NCBI GenBank assembly: GCA_031412015.1
Contig: JANOCH010000251.1
Location: 1-44,087 of the forward strand
DNA length: 44,087 nt
Source: Chitinophagaceae bacterium
GTDB taxonomy: Bacteria > Bacteroidota > Bacteroidia > Chitinophagales > Chitinophagaceae
Reading direction: 5' to 3'
Shown here: positions 40,301 through 44,087 of the stretch, one piece after another
Position numbering within the stretch: position 1 is the first letter of the stretch
Layout: each line of letters starts with the position of its first letter
The notes under the pieces: model-generated
What the model was told of the DNA's origin: nothing
The model's input: only the letters and a program-made list of their open reading frames with translations
Database searches by the model: none
Program-made: the position numbers and the translations under genes

Positions 40301-40402
40301 GCCCAGCAACACCAGCAGAGAGATAAAGATCATAATGATCGTGAGATATCTGGACCATCTCTGCAATCGGAATTGTAACAGGCTGTCGGGAGGTAACTGC
40401 AT
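37325..40402 (-). CDS. Membrane-bound multi-PAS sensor histidine kinase (HisKA_3)
   Basis: About 8 N-terminal TMs; about four PAS domains; H-box AREIHDELGQ; QESLTNVARHS; DNGNGF; LGLLGMKER. Ends 8 nt before the regulator's start. Confidence 0.93.
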   Translation of the reverse strand: MQLPPDSLLQFRLQRWSRYLTIIMIFISLLVLLGWQFSIELLKDPFSTTVAMNPVSAIGFILSGISLWLFTNYAYRKIAYILATVILLVGLLKFGGLAFGLDLPIDTFLFTNKLLVAKAANLPNRMAPNTAFCFVLTGVSLLFFSHENAKKQKPSHYIALVIVLMGMLSLLGYLYRVKSFYGFLTYIPMAASTAVCFFLFAISILFADSGKGIMKEFTSTLSGSLMARFLIPAAIIIPAALGLLRLYGNWEGLYNYEFGVAIYVLSVIIIFAGITWYNASLLNKRDLLRKQSEDALRNSESHIQAIFDNAPDAVVVIDSMGLITRWNAESENLFGWKAEEVLGRSLSDIIIPAQFREAHRKGLDRFLNTGESTILGRTIDLWAIKKNLSEVDISLRISPLLLDKKHFFIGFIRDITERKKIEDRLKTFNEELSRKVEEKTSELTEIFERVTDGFIALDKNFCYTYMNKKAGQLTHTDPASMIGKNVWEEFPDAVGSSTYEAFNKAMKEQQYVSNTDHYAPFDIWQENFIYPSPNGLSIFIRDITEKKRSEKEINKVKDLADKLIDSLPGVFYFYDANGKFIRWNKQFEEVTGYSTTEIASMHPIEFFPEEEKSYITERIAGVFQKGVNDADAHFLTKTGEKIPYYFKAVLINYEGGPCLLGNGIDITERKKAETELKASEQKYKLLFDSNPLSMWMLSLPEYNIIDVNEVALVQYGYSKEEFLQLSVLDFRPKEDIELFKTSTNTNFRGIYHAGIWRHVKKNGVIMYVDIVTHDILYKGQKTRLVLANDVTEKYIAEEKLKESYESIRTLTGHLQNVREEERLHIAREIHDELGQLLTVLKMDLSWLNKKIEPDNNLAKEKLTEILSLVDTTVKTVRRIASELRPSLLDDLGLLAAMEWHLEEFERRSGILTALHLPESELPLPDALKIGLFRIFQESLTNVARHSEAKKVDISLKQEDKQLILTIKDNGNGFEEKPETNKKTLGLLGMKERTMMMGGIYSIAGVKGEGTTVTVIVPLPEEIFVN

Positions 40403-40879
40403 ATAAAAGTTTTGATAATACCACCGGAGACAGAATCGCTACGGGAGTTTTATTTGCTTATAGTCTTTTGCTACCAGGTCCTTATCCTCGTTGAAGCTGC
40501 TACTAACTGAAACAGATATTGTACCAATTTGACAAAGGAACCAATCGTAAAAGCCAGAACTTCATTTTGCTAATACTAAGGTACATCCTAAGTTTTTCTC
40601 CTGCTCAAAAGTTATAATATAATCGTCTATCAAACAAAATGTTAAGCCTTGATCATTAAAAGGGCTAGCCATTCTGCTCAGGTTAATAAAGTAAACAAAA
40701 AACGGCATTGAACCCAAAGAGCTAACCCGTTATCTTATTAAAAAAAAGAAAGAAACCGCTTGTCTAAGTTAAAACTCTTAGGGGTCAACAATAGTATGCT
40801 GGTGTAATTGATGAGCCCTTTTTGTCACCGAATTCGGGTATTCCCATAATACGTTGCCATTTCTGACCGAACAAATTCT

Positions 40880-40887
40880 TACATTTG
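40880..40887 (+). promoter_or_regulatory. Bacteroidota -7 element (TACATTTG) for the MATE gene
   Basis: Exact match about 140 nt upstream of ATG 41029. Confidence 0.5.
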
Positions 40888-41028
40888 CTCCTCTTCAATG
40901 AAACGAATATGAAAATTTCTTAAGGTTCGACCCCAATTCTAATTTCAGAACCGTCATTAATAAAAAACTTGATAAGCAACATTCTGTTGCTACAATTCAT
41001 TTCGTTTATTTCAAAAATTTTTTCACTC

Positions 41029-42447
41029 ATGTCGCAGACAACTTATACTAACAGAGCGTCCTATATTTTTTCGTTAATAAAGCAGGCCATCCGCGGGGAT
41101 GAGATGGACTATACAAAGGGAAGTATTCGCAAGGCAGTAATGATGCTGGCCGTTCCCATGATCCTGGAGATGAGTATGGAGAGTGTGTTCGCTCTTGTCG
41201 ATCTCTATTTTGTTGGCCATTTACCACAAAGCGATAAAGCGCAACAGGTTGTAGGCCTTACGGAATCCGTTATCACTATTATCTATTCTTTGGCCATTGG
41301 TATCAGCATGGCCGCCACAGCCCTCGTCGCCAGGAGAATTGGCGAAAAGAATCCTGAGGCGGCGGCAAGGGCAGGTGCACAGACGACTACTTTGTCCATT
41401 CTAATAACTGTGATCCTTAGTATCGTGGGTTTTGTTTTTGCCAAAGATATACTTAGAGTGATGGGAGCTTCAGAAGAAACCATTGAGTACGGGGTGAATT
41501 ATACACGCATCCTTACCGGGGGAAGTATGGTGATTATGTTGATTTTCCTGATCAATGGAATCTTCCGCGGGGCAGGTGATGCCAGCATGGCCATGAAAAG
41601 CCTGGTCCTCGCCAATATTGCGAATATAATCTTGTGTCCATTGCTAATACGGGGTTGGGGACCTGTCCCGGCATATGGGCTAACCGGGGCGGCAATAGCT
41701 ACTACTATTGGCCGTGGTATCGGTGTGATCTACCAACTCTATCATTTATTCAATGGCAAGAGTGTTATTAAAATGGCCTGGTCTTATTTGAAACCTGATT
41801 GGAAACAAATAAAACAGATCATCAATATCGCAGCACCGGGCACTTTCCAGTTTTTAGTAGCATCAGGAAGCTGGATTGTTTTAACAGCGATAGTGGCCCA
41901 ATCTGGTGAAACAGCCTCTGCAGGCTATATTACGGCTATCAGGATCGTTATGTTCTTTATCCTGCCTGCCTGGGGTTTAAGTAACGCCGCGGCTACACTG
42001 GTAGGACAAAACCTGGGAGCAAAGCAGCCACAACGGGCAGAGGAGAGTGTTTTAAAAACAGCAAAGTACAATGCCATTTTCATGGGTATTGTTACGGTGT
42101 TATTTTTTATAACTGCTCCTTATATCGTCGGTTTCTTTGCCGAAAAGGAAGACACGAAAAAAATAGCTATTGAGGCAATGCTGATCATTAGTTCGGGTTA
42201 TATCTTTTATGGTATCGGGATGGTGATGGCTAATGCATTTAATGGCGCCGGCGATACCATAACTCCTACAGTTATTAATGCGGCCGGATTCTGGCTCTTT
42301 CAAATACCTCTTGCATTCTTTCTTTCAAAGACACTCAAGATGGGAGCAACAGGAGCCTTTATTGCCATCCCGGTAGCGGAAACAGCCATCGCTATTGCTG
42401 CATTTATTATGTTTAAAAAAGGAAAGTGGAAGCAGGTGAAGGTGTAG
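41029..42447 (+). CDS. MATE family efflux transporter
   Basis: LAVPMILE, VDLYFVG, FRGAGD, NIILCP, GAAIAT and VGQNLGA motifs. ATG 41029 preferred over TTG 40969. Confidence 0.93.
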   Translation: MSQTTYTNRASYIFSLIKQAIRGDEMDYTKGSIRKAVMMLAVPMILEMSMESVFALVDLYFVGHLPQSDKAQQVVGLTESVITIIYSLAIGISMAATALVARRIGEKNPEAAARAGAQTTTLSILITVILSIVGFVFAKDILRVMGASEETIEYGVNYTRILTGGSMVIMLIFLINGIFRGAGDASMAMKSLVLANIANIILCPLLIRGWGPVPAYGLTGAAIATTIGRGIGVIYQLYHLFNGKSVIKMAWSYLKPDWKQIKQIINIAAPGTFQFLVASGSWIVLTAIVAQSGETASAGYITAIRIVMFFILPAWGLSNAAATLVGQNLGAKQPQRAEESVLKTAKYNAIFMGIVTVLFFITAPYIVGFFAEKEDTKKIAIEAMLIISSGYIFYGIGMVMANAFNGAGDTITPTVINAAGFWLFQIPLAFFLSKTLKMGATGAFIAIPVAETAIAIAAFIMFKKGKWKQVKV

Positions 42448-42487
42448 CACTGATACCACTCACTCATAACTATAGCAGGAGTATAAA

Positions 42488-42534
42488 GCTGAAACGTAAC
42501 ATTGCATTAGTTCAATGTTACGTTTCGGTTTTTT
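42488..42534 (+). terminator. Intrinsic terminator after the MATE gene
   Basis: GAAACGTAACATTG-N8-CAATGTTACGTTTC hairpin followed by a T tract. Confidence 0.8.
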
Positions 42535-42733
42535 AGAATGTCATCACTCATTTTATCCCCTAGTAATTTTTCCTGATAGGTATGTTGATCAACAACGTAA
42601 TTATTCCCATGTCCTTATGAAACAATACTTTATTGCTTGTTTATGCAATAAACGCATACTAATTTCGCCCCCGTTATCGTTTGATAAATGTCCGACGGTC
42701 CGAAAGGATCACAAGGATAAAATCCGTACCCTC

Positions 42734-43465
42734 TTGAAAAACCCTGTGTCAATATCAGCTTATTGCCTGTTATTTGCAATGCTCAGTATTTCATGGCTGC
42801 CGCTGCAAAAACATACTACCGATCTGGAAACAGGCTATTCCTTTCCGGCTACAATTAATTATAAAAACGAAGAAACAGCTTCATTGTATGATATGCTGGA
42901 CCTGCAGGAAAAAGGCCTATCGATGCGGGCTTTTGACTATGCCTACAGGGGTTATCGCCATTTACTCGAAAAGAAAATTATCAGCAAGGAAGACTATTTA
43001 ACGATTTGTGATTTTAGTCAATCATCCAAAAAGAAGCGATTATACCTTGTAGATATGGTTAACAATAAAGTTATCCTGAATACCTATGTTGCGCATGGTC
43101 GCAATTCGGGAGGGGAGTATGCGACCCGTTTTTCCAACAGATCCAAATCCCTGCAAAGCAGTTTGGGGTTTTATGTTACCCAAAATACATATTACGGAGA
43201 ACACGGCTTGTCTTTAAGGGTTTCGGGTTTGGAGAAAGGATATAATGACAAAGCCTTACAGCGGAACATTGTGATTCATGGAGCAGATTATATTGGCGAT
43301 AAAAGATTAACAAGAAGTAATTATATGGGTCGCAGCTATGGCTGCCCCGCCATTCCCCGAAAAGAATGCAACCAGGTCATTAATATGATAAAAGACGGGA
43401 GCTGCATCTTTATATATCATCCTTCAAAAAGCTACCTGCACGGATCAAAAATACTAAACGGTTGA
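42734..43465 (+). CDS. Murein L,D-transpeptidase catalytic-domain family protein (YkuD_2)
   Basis: DFSQSSKKKRL, VAHGRNSG, SSLGFY, IVIHGADY and GRSYGCPA motifs. The track start (42515) lies inside a terminator, so TTG 42734, which precedes a hydrophobic segment, is more likely; the start is uncertain. Confidence 0.88.
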   Translation: MKNPVSISAYCLLFAMLSISWLPLQKHTTDLETGYSFPATINYKNEETASLYDMLDLQEKGLSMRAFDYAYRGYRHLLEKKIISKEDYLTICDFSQSSKKKRLYLVDMVNNKVILNTYVAHGRNSGGEYATRFSNRSKSLQSSLGFYVTQNTYYGEHGLSLRVSGLEKGYNDKALQRNIVIHGADYIGDKRLTRSNYMGRSYGCPAIPRKECNQVINMIKDGSCIFIYHPSKSYLHGSKILNG

Positions 43466-43494
43466 TTGGACACAAATCAAGGATGGATGATAAC

Positions 43495-43530
43495 AAAAGG
43501 CCCAGCTTAACCCTATGGTTGGGCTTTTTT
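43495..43530 (+). terminator. Probable intrinsic terminator
   Basis: AAAAGGCCCAGC...GTTGGGCTTTTTT imperfect hairpin with T tract. Confidence 0.6.
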
Positions 43531-43626
43531 GTTTTTACCGCAGTACAAATGAATGACAAGCCAGTATTTCTGGCAAATTAGTTTCTCTTTCATTTATCAA
43601 TTAACGAGGATGTAACTTTACATTCT

Positions 43627-44087
43627 ATGTCCCGGCTTAACTATAACGATACCATTAATCTTTTTTCGAAACTCAGTTTTCGAAGGGCCTGGAATGGGTT
43701 GAAAGTTTTAAGTAGCTACTATATAAGCAAGTGGACGAAAAAACCAGTTCAATGGGGATATCCTGTTTCTATATCTTTTGAACCTACCACTTCCTGTAAT
43801 CTTCGTTGTCCGGAATGTCCAAGTGGCCTCAGAGCTTTTACGAGGCCAACTGGAATGTTGCAAAAAGATTTTTTTAGCGAAACGATTGATCAGCTATATA
43901 AAGATCTTTTGTATCTCGTATTTTATTTCCAGGGGGAGCCATACCTGAATCCGTCTTTTCTTGACATGGTCAAGTATGCGTCCACTAAAAAGATCTACAC
44001 GGCTACTTCTACCAATGCGCATTACCTGACGGACATCAATTCAAAGAGAACGATTCAAAGTGGTCTCGATCGGTTGATCATTTCGAT
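43627..44087 (+). CDS. Radical SAM protein (likely SPASM type), partial at the window edge
   Basis: Not in the track. Reads MSRLNYNDTINLFSKL...EPTTSCNLRCPECPSGLR...YFQGEPYLNP...STNAH, with a CxxxCxxC motif. Confidence 0.9.
   Translation, partial: MSRLNYNDTINLFSKLSFRRAWNGLKVLSSYYISKWTKKPVQWGYPVSISFEPTTSCNLRCPECPSGLRAFTRPTGMLQKDFFSETIDQLYKDLLYLVFYFQGEPYLNPSFLDMVKYASTKKIYTATSTNAHYLTDINSKRTIQSGLDRLIIS

Noticed and set aside
40439-40672. Minus-strand frame MASPFNDQG...LAK*SSGFYDW...IKLP* with one internal TGA upstream of the large kinase
   Set aside because: No recognisable family or selenocysteine context; it could be chance in AT-rich intergenic DNA.
42515-42733. Long N-terminal extension of the L,D-transpeptidase given in the ORF track
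   Set aside because: It starts inside the MATE terminator hairpin and does not look protein-like. A later start precedes the hydrophobic segment.
1492-43001. Dozens of 60-160 aa ORFs in the track lying antisense to or out of frame within larger genes (for example 9112-9591, 30304-30741, 37461-37916)
   Set aside because: They are shadows of well-supported genes and have no recognisable motifs.

Overview
Ordinary-looking chromosomal window from a Bacteroidota genome, probably Chitinophagaceae-like (inferred from TAnnTTTG -7 promoter motifs, A-rich leaders without Shine-Dalgarno sites, and gene content). It has about 38 CDSs. I saw no rRNA, tRNA, CRISPR array or intact mobile element. Most genes are housekeeping or envelope functions: MFS, DMT and MATE transporters, M28 and S8 peptidases, a TonB-type receptor, an Ntn acylase, an L,D-transpeptidase and a radical SAM protein. 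Five things stand out. (1) A bona fide-looking carboxy-SAM synthase (cmoA) is followed not by cmoB but by a membrane protein resembling ICMT/LmtA methyltransferases, which hints at a non-tRNA carboxymethylation system. (2) A translationally coupled operon encodes a UbiA prenyltransferase, type III PKS, methyltransferase and FAD oxidoreductase. (3) A NarL/UvrY-type two-component cluster has three stand-alone receiver genes, each preceded by an 18-bp TGTAG-N8-CTACA-type box. (4) An ORF6N pseudogene carries a perfect 27-bp DNA palindrome and a degenerate duplicate inside its coding sequence. (5) Smaller oddities include a PhyH dioxygenase lacking its first Fe-binding His, a possible pseudo-trypsin/beta-barrel fusion, an uncalled 53-aa membrane peptide and REP-like palindromes. 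All family calls come from motif recognition by eye; no database search was run.
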